In this document: positions 24,708 to 37,137 of the stretch, piece after piece
Position numbering within the stretch: the stretch's first letter is position 1
How the letters are laid out: each line of letters starts with the position of its first letter
Source of the DNA: Octopus sinensis
Lineage: Eukaryota
Reading direction: 5' to 3'
NCBI RefSeq assembly: GCF_006345805.1
Contig: NC_043003.1
Coordinates: 57,784,001 to 57,848,000 of the forward strand
Length of the DNA: 64,000 bases
Program-made: the position numbers and the translations under genes
Notes under the pieces: model-generated
The model's input: the letters and a program-made list of their open reading frames with translations, nothing else
What the model was told of the DNA's origin: nothing
Database searches by the model: none

Positions 24708-25654
24708 GGTAAGTAGTAGGCTGTGAACAGTTCTGGTGCTCTGAGGTGCTTGTGGTGCCGGGTGTTTGGAAATATAGAGAAACTTCCGATTTTCAAAGAA
24801 GGCAAAATAAAACAAATAACTTCGTAGCATCATCAAAGCTGACCTCCCTACCAAGAAGTTCACCGACTAATTTTCTTGGAATTATTTTCATTTTCCTTTC
24901 TCTTCTCTTCTCTGTTTCCACACACACCTCCCTCTAACCCTCTTCCCATATACACTTTCTCCGTTTTTGTCGTTTTTTTTTTCCCCCTTCTTTCTTCTTT
25001 TCCCCTCCACAATCTTTTCAGTTTAATTTCTTTCCAAACAGGTGCAACGATAACAACAACAACAACAACAACAGCAATGACGACAACGATGACAAACTAC
25101 GAGACGCCTTTCTCTCCTTCACATCTTTACACACACACACTCACACACAGATGTCTTTACCATTTTTATTCCGGTGCCATTTTTGGTTTAAAGTGTAAAC
25201 AATTCCATAAGTCAACAAACATTGCACAAAAATCCCAGCTATTGTCATTCTTGTTATCGTTATTGCTGTTGTTGTTGTTGTTGTTGTTGTTGGAATGACT
25301 CTTTCTGACTCCCACCACCACCACCACCACCACCCACACAATCACCACCACCTGCTGCCCACCCAGTAGTCTCCGTCTCAACATCTTCCGTTTCCAGTCT
25401 CCAGAAATCAAACAAAATCGGAAGGAAAATTCCTCTTGACTTTCATCAATTTTCTTCACATTTATTTGTTTCTTTACTTCGTTTGTTCGTTTATTTATTT
25501 ATCTATTTTCCTTTTGGCAAACTTACACGCACACCCATTCATAAATATGTGCACATACAAAAATATGTGCCCACACATACACACACTATCACTCCAATAT
25601 ATATATAAATACATACATACATACATATATATAATATAATATATATATATATCA

Positions 25655-25905
25655 TCATCATCATCATCATCATCGTTTAACGTCCGCTTTCCGCGCTAGC
25701 ACGGGTTGGACGGTTTGACCGGGTCTGGAAGCCAAGGCGCTCCAGGCTCCAGTCTGAATCTGGCAGAGTTTCTACGGCTGGATGCCCTTCCTAACGCCAA
25801 CCACTCCGTGAGTGGATTGGGTGCTTTTTACGTGCCACCTGCACAGGGGCCGGAGGGTCCGGCATCGTCACGATCGGATTCGAGCATTTTAACGTGTCAG
25901 CGGCA
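25655..25905 (-). mobile_element. SINE-E (gttaggaagggcatccagccgtagaaac motif, (GAT)n tail), young copy
   Basis: CpGs are intact. Homologous to 29095-29355 and 36665-36990; tail fragments occur at 1690-1805, 8073-8115, 46345-46452 and 58178-58260. Confidence 0.85.
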
Positions 25906-25917
25906 CGGGGGCAACGA

Positions 25918-26018
25918 GGTCCGGGGTACTTTGGGGACTGGGGTATTTTGGGGATCCGGGGTACTTTGGGGATCCGGGGTACTTAGAATGGGTAGGGGGG
26001 TACTTAGAATGGGTAGGT
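25918..26018. repeat. G-rich minisatellites: ccggggtactttggggat (about 19 bp, x3) then ggggtacttagaatgggtagg (about 21 bp, x2)
   Basis: Read directly from the sequence. Confidence 0.9.
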
Positions 26019-26246
26019 GACGAGGCGGGAGGGTACTAAAGGGGATGTCGGATTGAGGCATGTCAGGAGGAAGCGTAGATCGGTGGGCATGATGAGCTAT
26101 GGCGCTAGCAGCTTGTCTTAAGCATATGAGGAGAAGTGGTAGTGGGAGGAGGAGGAGGGAGTAGGGCGTACCCAGTGTAGATGAGTAAGGTGTATCCGGT
26201 GTAGATAGAGAGCACGGGGTATACTGGTATTGGTGGTGGGGGGGGT

Positions 26247-26345
26247 GAAACAGTGTTCAACGGTATTGGTGGTGGTTGGAGAAACAGTGTTCAACGTATT
26301 GGTGGTGGGGGTGAGAAACAGTGTTCAACGTTATTGGTGGTGGGG
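26247..26345. repeat. About 34-bp minisatellite gaaacagtgttcaacg(g/t)tattggtggtgg, x3
   Basis: Read directly from the sequence. Confidence 0.9.
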
Positions 26346-26937
26346 GTTGGGGGGCGGGGGCGCCCCGCAATGACTGAAAGATGGGAAAAAGATGGGATTA
26401 CGGCTTGAGGCAGCCTGCGGACAACCACAATAATACATATAGATATATATACATGCATAATATATATAACACATATACATTACATATATAATATTATATG
26501 TATATATGTGTATATATATATATATATATATACATACGTATAAATATATATATACATATACACACACATATATATATATATCATTGGACATTAAACAATG
26601 ATACACACACACACACATTCACACACACATATACACACATAAATACACATGCATATCAACATACATGCACATATGTAAATATCCATACACACAACACGCA
26701 CACAGCTGTAACACAGACCCACCTATACATACACACATACATTCTCACGTAAGACAGTACAGCACCAAACCTGACAAAAACCTGACCACTTTGCCACCAT
26801 TTTTGATTATCAATTTAGACTATACTGTAGAATTCTTAGGAATGGAATGGCTAAAAATTCCTTTGTATCTGAATTCAAAGAGTGATCTGAGGATTATCTA
26901 TTTATAATAGCTTCATCATTTTATTGTTGTTGTTATT

Positions 26938-27110
26938 TGTTAGCACGCCGGACAAAATGCTTAGCGCCATTTCATCCAACTTATGTGGTGTCAAGTTCAA
27001 TCCCATTGCACAACACATTGGTTAAACGTCTTCTGCTGTAGCCCAAAGCTATGTGTGTGAATTTGGTAAGAAGAAACTGTATGAAGCCTGTCGTGTGTGG
27101 GTATGTAAGT
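26938..27110 (+). mobile_element. Chimeric SINE: SINE-D head joined to SINE-A-like body
   Basis: gttagcacgccggacaaaatgcttagcgccatttcatcc (D head), then gttcaatcccattgc...gaatttggtaagaagaaactgtatgaagcctgtcg (A body). Confidence 0.55.
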
Positions 27111-27183
27111 GTATGTGTGTATATGTATATATATGTGTGTGCATATATATATACACACACACACACATATATGTGAGAAATGT

Positions 27184-27310
27184 GAAGGGGTGCATGGCTT
27201 AGTTGTTAGGGTATTCGGCTCATAATCTTATGGTCTTGAGTTTGATTGCAAGTGGTGTGTTTTATCCTTGAGCAAGTCACTTCATTTCACATTGCTCCAG
27301 TCCACTCACG
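27184..27310 (+). mobile_element. SINE-B head plus CORE fragment
   Basis: tggcttagttgttagg...ccttgagcaagtcacttcatttcacattgctccagtccactc. Confidence 0.75.
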
Positions 27311-27341
27311 ACGACAATGATGATGTTGTTGTTGTTGTTGA

Positions 27342-27482
27342 TAACTGACAAGCAAATCTGTGTATTGAACAGAATATTTACTGTAGCCCAGCTTTTATAC
27401 CAAGACAAAATGTACATGATTAACACTTCTTATCAGTTAAGATCAGAAGCCACGAGAGCCACTGCCTGGTATTGCATCAGGA
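27342..27482 (-). mobile_element. Family G fragment
   Basis: Near-colinear with 19160-19301 (aatctgtg..gcagaatatt..cagttaagatcagaagccacgagagccactgcc). Confidence 0.75.
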
Positions 27483-27497
27483 CATATGATGATGATG

Positions 27498-27528
<31 letters not shown>

Positions 27529-28319
27529 TAATAATAATGGTAATGATGTTATATGTCAACATTTTTTCTGCATGCTAACCCTGTCTTTCTGACTGTCTTT
27601 ACATAGTTGAACGAAGCACTTCTTAATATATTTCTCATTAGTTTCAACGTAGCATCTTTATTTCTCTAATTCACATCCTCATTATGGGTATGAATATGTG
27701 TGTGTGTGTGTATGTGTGCGTGCGTTTGTGTATGTGTACACTCTATGCAATTTGCACATATATGCAATTACCTGTTGTGTGCAAGTGCATGCATGTGATC
27801 TTATGTGCCTACATAATATAGAAATGCACATATGCAAAGCAGAACTGCTCCCTTTCTCTCACGGACCCTCTTACATAAAAGTTTTTATTGCACACATTAA
27901 CATTTATACACTCATAGACACTCTCCCTCTCTCCCCTCTCTCATTCTTTCTCTTTCTTCTTTCTCATCTCCCTCTCTTCCCCTCTTTTTTCCCCCTCTCT
28001 CCTCTACCTCATTCTTTCTCCTTCTTCTTTCTCATCTCTCTCTCTTCCCCTCTTTCCCCCCCTCTCTTTCTCTCTCTTACCACTCTCGCTGCCTCCTTCT
28101 CTTTGCACTCTATCTCTCCTCCCTCTCTTTCACCCCTGTCTTTCCCCTCTCACTGTCTCTTCTCCCCCATTCCCTTTTTCTCTCTCGCCCCCCCCTCACC
28201 CCCAACCTTCCCCAAATTTTCTCTCACCACATCCTAGAAACCTTAAACTACTTCAGGAATTTACAAAGCGCTCTGTCCTCTTCAAGTAAAATATACATAG
28301 AGATATGCACACACATGTA

Positions 28320-28361
<42 letters not shown>

Positions 28362-28939
28362 TGCTCACATACATATTTATTGATTTACTGACTCTTGTAA
28401 TAGTAGTAGTAGTAGTAGTGGTGGTGGTGGTGGTGGTGGTGGTGGTGGTGGTGGTGGTGTTTCGTTCCCTAACAAATTTGTCTCTGTTTTAAATGGAAAC
28501 ATATAACAATTACAAGAGCGTGTATGTGTATGTATGTGTATGTATGTGTGTACTGAAGTTTAATTGATGTATCCAAAATGCATTTTAATGTGTTTGCCTT
28601 AATAAGGCCCAGGAATTGCATCATTAAATCAGTAATATGATCTGTGTGTAGGTTACCGTTTGTTAGTTGAGCTTGTCACTGGCACCCAGTTAATTTTCTT
28701 TTGATACCTTCTACCCGACCTGCTCAGCAAGCCCTTGGCTGCACCCACCTCCACCACCACCCTCCTTTTATATGTATCGTGTGACTTACATGACTTAGCA
28801 ATAACCTCAGGATTTATTTTAATTCTGTGGCGCCATCTATATGAACTTTTTTTTTTATTTCCTGATGTGAATAAAATGTACGGTCTTGTATATTCACTGT
28901 AGCGACTTATTTGTAACTTACTTTAGCCAGTAAGTATGA

Positions 28940-28995
28940 TGAAGATTACATTTCACTGATGAGGACAGAATAAGGCTGGAACATTGTATCGAGTT
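28940..28995 (+). ncRNA. Degenerate hammerhead-like motif, 'caataaggct' family
   Basis: CTGATGA (28956-62) ggac-agaataa-ggct GGAA cattgta tcgagt. Colinear with 6745-6802 over about 55 bp. Confidence 0.4.
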
Positions 28996-29094
28996 CCACT
29001 TTTACTTGTTTCAGTCATTAGGCTGCAAGCCTCCCTGGGACATTATCTTAAAAGGTTTAGTTAGAGAAATCAACTCCAGTACTCATTATCAAAG

Positions 29095-29355
29095 ATCTTT
29101 GGTGATACGCTGTGCTTGTGTAGACCTGTCGAGCCAAGTGAGATCATAGTCGTGGCCGGTGCCAATGTCACATTAATGACACATAAAAAGCACCCACTAC
29201 ACTCTTGGAGTGGTTGGCATTAGAAAGGACATCCAGCTGTAGGAACCATACCAAATTCAGATTGGAACCCTGGTGCAGCTCCCTGGCTTACCAGTTCTCA
29301 GTCAAACTGTCCAACCCATGCCAGCATGGAAAATGGATGTTAATTGATGATGATG
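29095..29355 (+). mobile_element. SINE-E
   Basis: aaaaagcaccc...ggagtggttggcattagaaaggacatccagctgtagg...ccaacccatgccagcatggaaaatggatgttaattgatgatgat. Confidence 0.85.
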
Positions 29356-29356
29356 A

Positions 29357-29530
29357 TTGTTTCAAATTAAACATCCGCTATCTTACAGCTTTGAGATTAT
29401 GGTGTGATTGTATATTTTATGAATGATATTGTAGGGTAGGGTGTTAGGGGCCATATGTGGCCTGTTTGAACATAAAACCGGCTGGATATTAGGGCCCAGA
29501 TATGGTTGATTTAAATGCTAGATGGTCAAG
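29357..29530 (+). mobile_element. piggyBac-like MITE, right part
   Basis: Colinear with 2995-3157. Confidence 0.6.
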
Positions 29531-29699
29531 CCTCAGTTTAACTCTGACTAGGCAGAAGTCTCTATCTATGATGAAAGCCATTCTAGTCGTGACCATTCCA
29601 TCTATTTTTCTACATTATTGGGGCATCGGTGTCATCAACTATGAGTAGAGAATCCCCAACAAATGGTGGATGCAGTGACTCGCTGTTATAGCACATACC

Positions 29700-29744
29700 C
29701 CCATACTAGACTACTGCTGCTGCTACTACTGCAGCTGCTGCTGT

Positions 29745-29779
<35 letters not shown>

Positions 29780-29915
29780 TTACTACTATTACCACCACTA
29801 CTACTGCAGCTACTACTACTACTACCACCACTACTACTGCAGCTACTACTACTACTACCACTACTACTGCAGCTACTGCTGTTACTACTACTACTATTAC
29901 TGCAGCTACTGCTGT

Positions 29916-29951
<36 letters not shown>

Positions 29952-30040
29952 CACTACTGCTGCTGTTGTTACTACTACTACTATTACTACTGCAGCTACT
30001 TCTGTTACTACTAATACTACTACTGCTGCTGCTGCTATGA
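29700..30040. repeat. (CTA/CTG)n triplet array with recurring ctactactgcagctact unit
   Basis: Read directly; the poly-Leu ORF here is an artefact. Confidence 0.92.
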
Positions 30041-30620
30041 CTATTGTATCCTGTCCCTATTGAAGGGGCTCAGCTACTGTTTCTAAAAGGTCAAGAGACC
30101 ACATAAAAGGCTCCCACCATTGGTTTAATTCCCGTTTTAATCAGCACTGATATCAATATTGTCAGTGGTGGTGCTGGTAGCCGCAGCAGCAGCATAAACG
30201 GCAGCTGTGCTGCTGCTGAAGGTGATGGTGGTTTTTGGTTTGATGAAGAAGAAATCAGGCGCCAGTCTTATTACATAAACTAATCACCAAAATATATACT
30301 GCAAAGAAGAATCTACAATCAACTTTTTCTCTCTACATTTTTTTTTGGCTCTTTCTGTTTTTTGTTTTTTTTTGCTGTCTCCCCCACCCCCATCCCATCA
30401 CCGAAATGAAGAATTAGTAAGCATAACCAACCAAACAACGAATGTATTTTTGTATTTTGGTACTAGTTTTTTTTTGTTTTTTTCTTTCTTTTGCTCTTTT
30501 ATTTGTTTTTAAAATCCTTCAACATTGAAAAGTGATTACATAAATTTTATTACTTCTTAATGGTTTTTTTTTTTTTTTTGGCCATTTTTTTAGTATTTTT
30601 ATCTTTCATTGTAATGTAAT

Positions 30621-30768
30621 CTTGCTTACCAAACCACATGGTTCCTGGTTCAGTCCCACTGCATGGCACCTTGGGCAAGTGTCTTTCTACTATACCCTCA
30701 GGCCGACCAAAGCCTTTGAGTGGATTTGGTAGACGGAAACTGAAAGAAGCCCATTGTATATACATGTT

Positions 30769-30799
<31 letters not shown>

Positions 30800-31009
30800 G
30801 TTTCTGTGTCTGTGTTAGTCCCCCAACATTGCTTGACAACCGATGCTGGTGTGTTTACGTCCCCATAACCTAGCGGTTTGGCAAAAGAGACTGATAGAAT
30901 AAGTACTAGGCTTACAAAGAAAAAGTCCTCGGGTCGATTTGCTCGACTAAAGGCGGTGCTCCAGCATGGCCACAGTCAAATGACTGAAACAAGTAAAAGA
31001 GTAAAGAAT
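30621..31009 (+). mobile_element. SINE-A
   Basis: B-box, body and tail, followed by (TA)n. Confidence 0.92.
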
Positions 31010-31866
31010 ATATATATATAATGAGAGGGCAAATGTGACAGAGAACTACCTGTCACCGTTATCAAATAGACTGCAAGAAGTTAATAAAATTGTCATGATG
31101 TGTGTGTGTGTGTGTGTGTGTGTACACATATAGGCATATACTCGCATATATATATATACGTGTGTGGTGTTATTCATAAACTCCAAACTGTTCACTCACA
31201 TTGAACTTATTCAAATATAATGATATGCTCTTAATTATATGAATCTACATGAAATGTTGAAATACTCCAATAACTGAAAAGAGAGAGAGAGAGAGAGAGG
31301 AGGTATGATGATGATAATAATAATAATATAATAATAATAATAATAATAATGGTAGTAGTAGCAGAAGTAACGGTAATATAAATAATAAAATATAATGAAG
31401 CAAGTTTTGGTTATAAAAAATGATTAATGCATTAGGCTTTCGTTGATTGTTTCAACTTAGTGTTTCCGTTTTTTTTAACTTGGGTCTTTCAAATGTTAAA
31501 ATGTCCACGTGTTTAAAACTACATCAAACCTTGCTCTTAACTTTATTACAATATCCTTCACTCTTCACTCTTAACTCTCTCTCTCTCTCTCTCTCTCTTT
31601 GTTATCATGTTCCTTCTCTCTTGATTCTGTTGTCCTGTCTTTTACTCTCTCGCTCTCTCTCTCCATCTTTCCTTCTCTCTCTCTCTTTCTCTCTCTCTTT
31701 CTATCTCTCTCTCCCTCTCAAGAAATGAACCAAATTATTTCATTTTATACCATCGTAAATGGAAATTAAATTTATAATTTTTCTTGCAATCTTTTATTAA
31801 AAAGATCTGGAAAATATTAACCTTGCTTCTGTGTGCTTGTATGTGTGCATGTGCTTGTGTACATTC

Positions 31867-31931
<65 letters not shown>

Positions 31932-32639
31932 CACACATAAGTGGAAGGTGAATGTTGAATTATGATGATATGTGTGTATATGTGTTTGTGTGTGTGTGTG
32001 TGTAAGATTGACTGATAGTTGTATATGTCTATTCAGCTATATATATATATATATTATATGTGTGTGTGTGTATGTATGTATTTCCATGCGTATATATGCA
32101 TATAAAGATATATATATTCATTGGTCTTCTTCTTAATGTTTCATGATTGACTGGATGTGATGGGCATGGCTGAGTTGGGTAAAGTAAGGTAGTAGTTGTA
32201 GATATAGGTCTAGTGATATCATATAGCAGTGGCTGAATACACCAAATTCTCCCTCCTCCATATATATATATATATATATAATATATATATCAAGAAATAG
32301 ATAGATAGACAGACAAATAGATAGATAGATACACATACAGATATATATGCTCATATACACATATAGATATACACACATACATGTACATGCATTTATATAC
32401 GCACACACTTATCTACATGCACACACTTTTGTTTAGATAGACTAATTGACACAACTGAATGATATTACTGAAGGCAAAAAATGGAAAGATGAAATGAAAG
32501 AAACAAAATCAAAAACAAAATAGAAATAATTTTTGGAAACAATTTACCCAATCAAATCAAATAACAAAAAAATAATCCCCTTCAACTGCAAGAAATAAAA
32601 TTCAAATTTATCAAAAATACAGAAAGTTTATATATAATT

Positions 32640-32662
32640 TTATGTTTGTATATATGTATGTA

Positions 32663-32712
<50 letters not shown>

Positions 32713-32823
32713 AATATATATATATATATTATATATATTTTGATGTATGTATGTATGATGTTGTGTTAGTATATTGATATATGTGTATGTATATATGTGC
32801 ACATATAGAGATATAGATATTTG

Positions 32824-32863
<40 letters not shown>

Positions 32864-33300
32864 GTGTGTATATATATATATATATGTGGTGTATATATAT
32901 ATGTATATATGTGGTTAATATATATATGTATATATATATGTATATATATATATATATGTATATATAATATATAATATATATGTAGTATATATATATATAT
33001 ATATATATGTTATAATATATATATATGTTATATATATATATATTATAGATATATGTATATATCTATATGTATAATGCATGCATATTATATGTAAATATGC
33101 ATATATATCTATAGTATATATGCATATAGATATTATGTATATATATGTATATATGCATATAGATATATATGTATATATATGTATATATATGTATATATGC
33201 ATATAGATATATATGTATATATGCATATATATATATATATATATATATAGTGTGTATATATATGTATATATATATATATGTATGTATGTATGTATATATG
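32640..33300. repeat. Long degenerate (TA)n/(TATG)n tract
   Basis: Read directly. Similar tracts at about 11550-11930, 16300-16650, 35555-35790 and 59700-59990. Confidence 0.95.
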
Positions 33301-33686
33301 TATAAAGTAAGTGAATTATATTAAATAAGTAAAAAGAAAAGGACAAAATAGAGGTGAAACAAGATATTATCAAAGTAGTTTTTGGTAAAATTTTCGTTTC
33401 AGTGTCGTAGAAATTCCTGCTGTAATCTGTTTTTGAAATTTATCTGAAAATTCTGCCTGTTAACCAAACTCTTGCTGCTAAAAGGGAATATAATTAAATG
33501 GCGGTTCTCTGAAGTGTACAGAAAATCTCTATTTATTTTTTGCTGTTTTTCCTGTTAACTCCTTTTTTTCTTTTTTTTTCTTTTCTTTTCTTCCCACACT
33601 TTTTTTATATACATACATACATACATACATACATACATACAAATCTCTTTCCTCTCTGTCTGTCTGTATGTATGTATGTTTTCTAT

Positions 33687-33747
<61 letters not shown>

Positions 33748-34529
33748 GTCTTTTCACATGCATACTCTCACATACACACACTTCCACAGACACACATGCA
33801 CTCTCTCATTTGTGCATACACACACACACTGACTCACAGACACACAACATATACATACAGACATCAGCATCTGTCACCCTCTCTTACTTCAACTATCTCT
33901 CTCTCTCTCACATCATACCGCCATTTCGTCCTCTCCACATCTTACCATTCTCTCAGGTGGTGCCATTTGCTTGTCTGCAGATCCTAGGTGTTCTCTGATA
34001 TTTGCTCTAATCAAAGTATCACAAAATCTTTCATGTTTCTTCTTTCTTTCCTTCTTTTTTTTTTTTATAATTTTCTTTCAAAGATTACGTGAGTGGGTGG
34101 GTGGGTGATTGGTTATTTTTTTCTTTCCTTTTCTCTTTTTTTTATTTTAAATAACTTGTTTTATCTACGTAATTTTATTTTATTTTAATTTACCAAAGAC
34201 TTCTTTATTGATAATTGGTTACAGAAGCAGAAGATATAGGTGTTGTTTTTATTTTGCATTTTGTTTTTTTTTTTACTCTTTTTATGTGTCTTTTACTTCT
34301 GCAACTTTCGAATCTAAGTTGAGACTTCAACTCCCTGTGAACTCATTACCTCCTCATGTAATATCCAAGGAAGGTTCAGTTAGCAGCCCCTTTAATGAAA
34401 GATAAGCCGCCTACCCAACTGTGACCATACTGTTTTGTTTTACCTTTTGTGATTTGGTGGGGGGGTGTAGTTTCTAGGTCTGGTTTATTTTATCTGATGT
34501 GTCTGTCTGTTTTTAGGGTATAAAATGTC

Positions 34530-34680
34530 TGGCAACTGTATGGTTGAGTGGTTAAAAAGTTTGCTTCCTCTCCACATGGTTTGGGTTCAGTCCTGTTGCA
34601 AGTGTCTCCTGCATTGACCCTGGATCAACCAAAACGTTATGAGTAGACTGAACCAGAAAGAAGCCTGTAATATACGTATG
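34530..34680 (+). mobile_element. Old SINE-A-like 5' half
   Basis: tggttgagtggttaaaaagtttgcttcc...gggttcagtcc...ccagaaagaagcctgtaatatacg. Confidence 0.7.
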
Positions 34681-34719
34681 TGTGAGTGTAAACCTACATA
34701 GAGTGCAAAAGTGACAAAC

Positions 34720-34770
34720 ACCTTTGATCAATTTTCAAGCCTTATTGAGCTCTCATCAGAGATTCTTACA
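34720..34770 (-). ncRNA. Hammerhead-like motif, 'caataaggct' family
   Basis: Minus strand reads CTGATGA gagct-caataa-ggctt GAAA attgatc. Stem II has 5 bp including G-U pairs; stems I and III are imperfect. Confidence 0.45.
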
Positions 34771-34806
34771 TCACTTGATTGATCCCAGGGAAATTAGCTG
34801 CAGTCT

Positions 34807-34841
<35 letters not shown>

Positions 34842-35024
34842 TATATATATATATATATATATAATATATATATATATCTAGTGCATTAGCTTCTGTGATC
34901 TGGAACCACTAATTTGTATATATAAGTATTAGACATTTTTTTTAATATCATTGGTCTGTCAATGGAGATCACGGTCTACACAGTATCTAGACATGATATA
35001 TGTAAACATATGTAAGTAGACATA

Positions 35025-35275
35025 TGAACAATATCTGTGTTTGTGTCTCCTTGTCTTGACATCATCTGATTGTTGTAAACGAGTGTTACTGTTATACAAG
35101 CAGTGTCCTTCACTTCCACTATTCAACAAAAATATGTCAGGCCTTGGGGAAAATATTACCTTGCTTGGAAACATTGAAGGTGTGGCAACAGGAAGGGCAA
35201 CTGTGTCAAGTAGTTTTGCTGAGTCAAGATCTATCCACCTAATTTCACATCCGCCATGCTGCTCTCCATTACATC
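35025..35275 (+). mobile_element. SINE-E-type 3' module
   Basis: ccttgtcttgacatc...ggggaaaatattaccttgcttggaaac...caacaggaagggca. Confidence 0.72.
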
Positions 35276-35580
35276 CACTGTGACACTGACTCTGGGATTT
35301 TTCGTTCTTGAGGTTAACTCCTCTATATACACATTACTGGAACTTTACAAGTTCCTCTGCCCCGTTTACATGTTTTCTTTTGCTTCACACACAGTGTCTA
35401 AATTACCCCTCCTCACCAGGCTTGGGTGGGGTTGATGGTTTAGTATATACAAACATGAGTGTCCCACCCATCAGGGATCGATGCCAGTGGTGTTGAAAGA
35501 ATTGTCGTGATTAATAATAAATTTTTATATATTCTATCTTCATCTCTCATTTGCCATACATATATATATATACATACATG

Positions 35581-35612
<32 letters not shown>

Positions 35613-36376
35613 CACATATGTATATATACATGTGTGTGTGTGTGTGTATGTATGTATATATATATATATATATACATACATATGTATATATATACATACA
35701 TATATACATATATATATATACATATATACATATGTATGCATACATATATGTATATGTATATACATACATATATACACACAAACACACATATAGAAGTGTG
35801 TGTGTGTGTGTATGCCTTGTTTATCATGTTTCTGTGAATGTGTACACATACACACACACATACACACACACATACACACACACACACGGAGTAAAATCTG
35901 AGTAATATGATAAATCCTCCAGTGATCTCATTGCTTCACCTGTTCCCCTCCTTTCTCTCTTTCTCCATCCCCCTTCTCCCCCCACCCCTCTCAGTCTCTT
36001 TCTTGTACATTATTATCATCTGTGAAATGATGATGATGATGATAAACTAGATTCTTCTATATATATTAAGCAAGAGATTTTAAATCCTAAGTTGGTTAAT
36101 CCTTCTTTTCCTTTCTGATTATCTATTAAGGTTTTAACTTGTAAAGGGAGCCAGTGTTAAGTGAGGTGTTGCTAATTAACTCTTTCCTTGATTGACAGCT
36201 TAAAAAGAAAACAGCACCTGCAGATTCTTCACCCTGCCTGAGCATAAATAATATATAGCACACCATGTCAGATCTGACCTATGCTCAGAGATGTTCCAGT
36301 AGTGGCCACCCCCCCATTTTTGAGGCTCTATGTAAACGATTGCGTCATCCCATGCGTGTATGTATGTATGTGTGTG

Positions 36377-36660
36377 TGAAGGCAGGTGGCTTAGTGGTTA
36401 GAGTGTTAGACTCACAATTGTGAGGTAGTGAGTTCAATTCCCAGACCAGGCTGTGTGTCGTGTTCTTGAGCAAGACACTTTATTTCACGTTGCTCCAGTT
36501 CACTCGGCTGCAGAAATGAATTTGCAACATCACTGGTGCCAAGCTGTGTCAGCCTTTGCCTTTCCCTTGGATAGCATCAGTGGTATGGAGAGTGGAAGCT
36601 GGTATGTATGGGTGGCTGCTGGTCTTCAATAGGCAGCCTTGGCTGGACTTATGCTTCGAA
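36377..36660 (+). mobile_element. SINE-B (CORE-type)
   Basis: Reverse-complement homolog of 8345-8680. Confidence 0.88.
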
Positions 36661-36664
36661 TGTC

Positions 36665-36990
36665 TGTAGAGCCAGCGGCTGCACCAGTCTCCAATCTGAT
36701 CTGGCAATATTTCTACAGCTGGATGCCCTTCCTATCGCCAACAACTCTGAGAGTGTAGTAGGTGCTTTTTACATGCCACTGGCACAGGACTGGCATCGTT
36801 CATGTTCAGATAGTGCTCTTTACGTGCCACCGACACTGGGGCCAGTCATGGTGTACTGGCATTGGCGACATTCGGCTGCTGCTTTTTATGTGCCACTGGC
36901 ACAAGAGCCAATCAGGGTACTAGCATCAGCCACATTCAGATGGTGCTTTTTACATGCCACCAGCACGGGAACCAGTCAAGCAGACCTGGC
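36665..36990 (-). mobile_element. SINE-E with four internal 51-66 bp tandem units
   Basis: (g/c)tgct(t/c)ttta(c/t)(a/g)tgccac starts at about 36762, 36813, 36879 and 36943. Confidence 0.85.
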
Positions 36991-37048
<58 letters not shown>

Positions 37049-37137
37049 CATATATATACATATATATATACATATATGTATGTATATATATATATGTATA
37101 TATATATGTGATATATGTATATATATATATGTATATA

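Noticed and set aside
24828-24845. Minus-strand cagctttgatga resembling the miR-2 3' half
   Set aside because: No seed match and no hairpin.
26247-26345. Three 34-bp repeats as a CRISPR-like array
   Set aside because: There are no unique spacers, the context is eukaryotic and no cas genes are present; it is a plain minisatellite.
28826-28846. TAGATGGCGCCA (minus strand) as a CTCF site
   Set aside because: The CCAC 5' part is missing, and the core motif is also common in transposon ends; insufficient alone.
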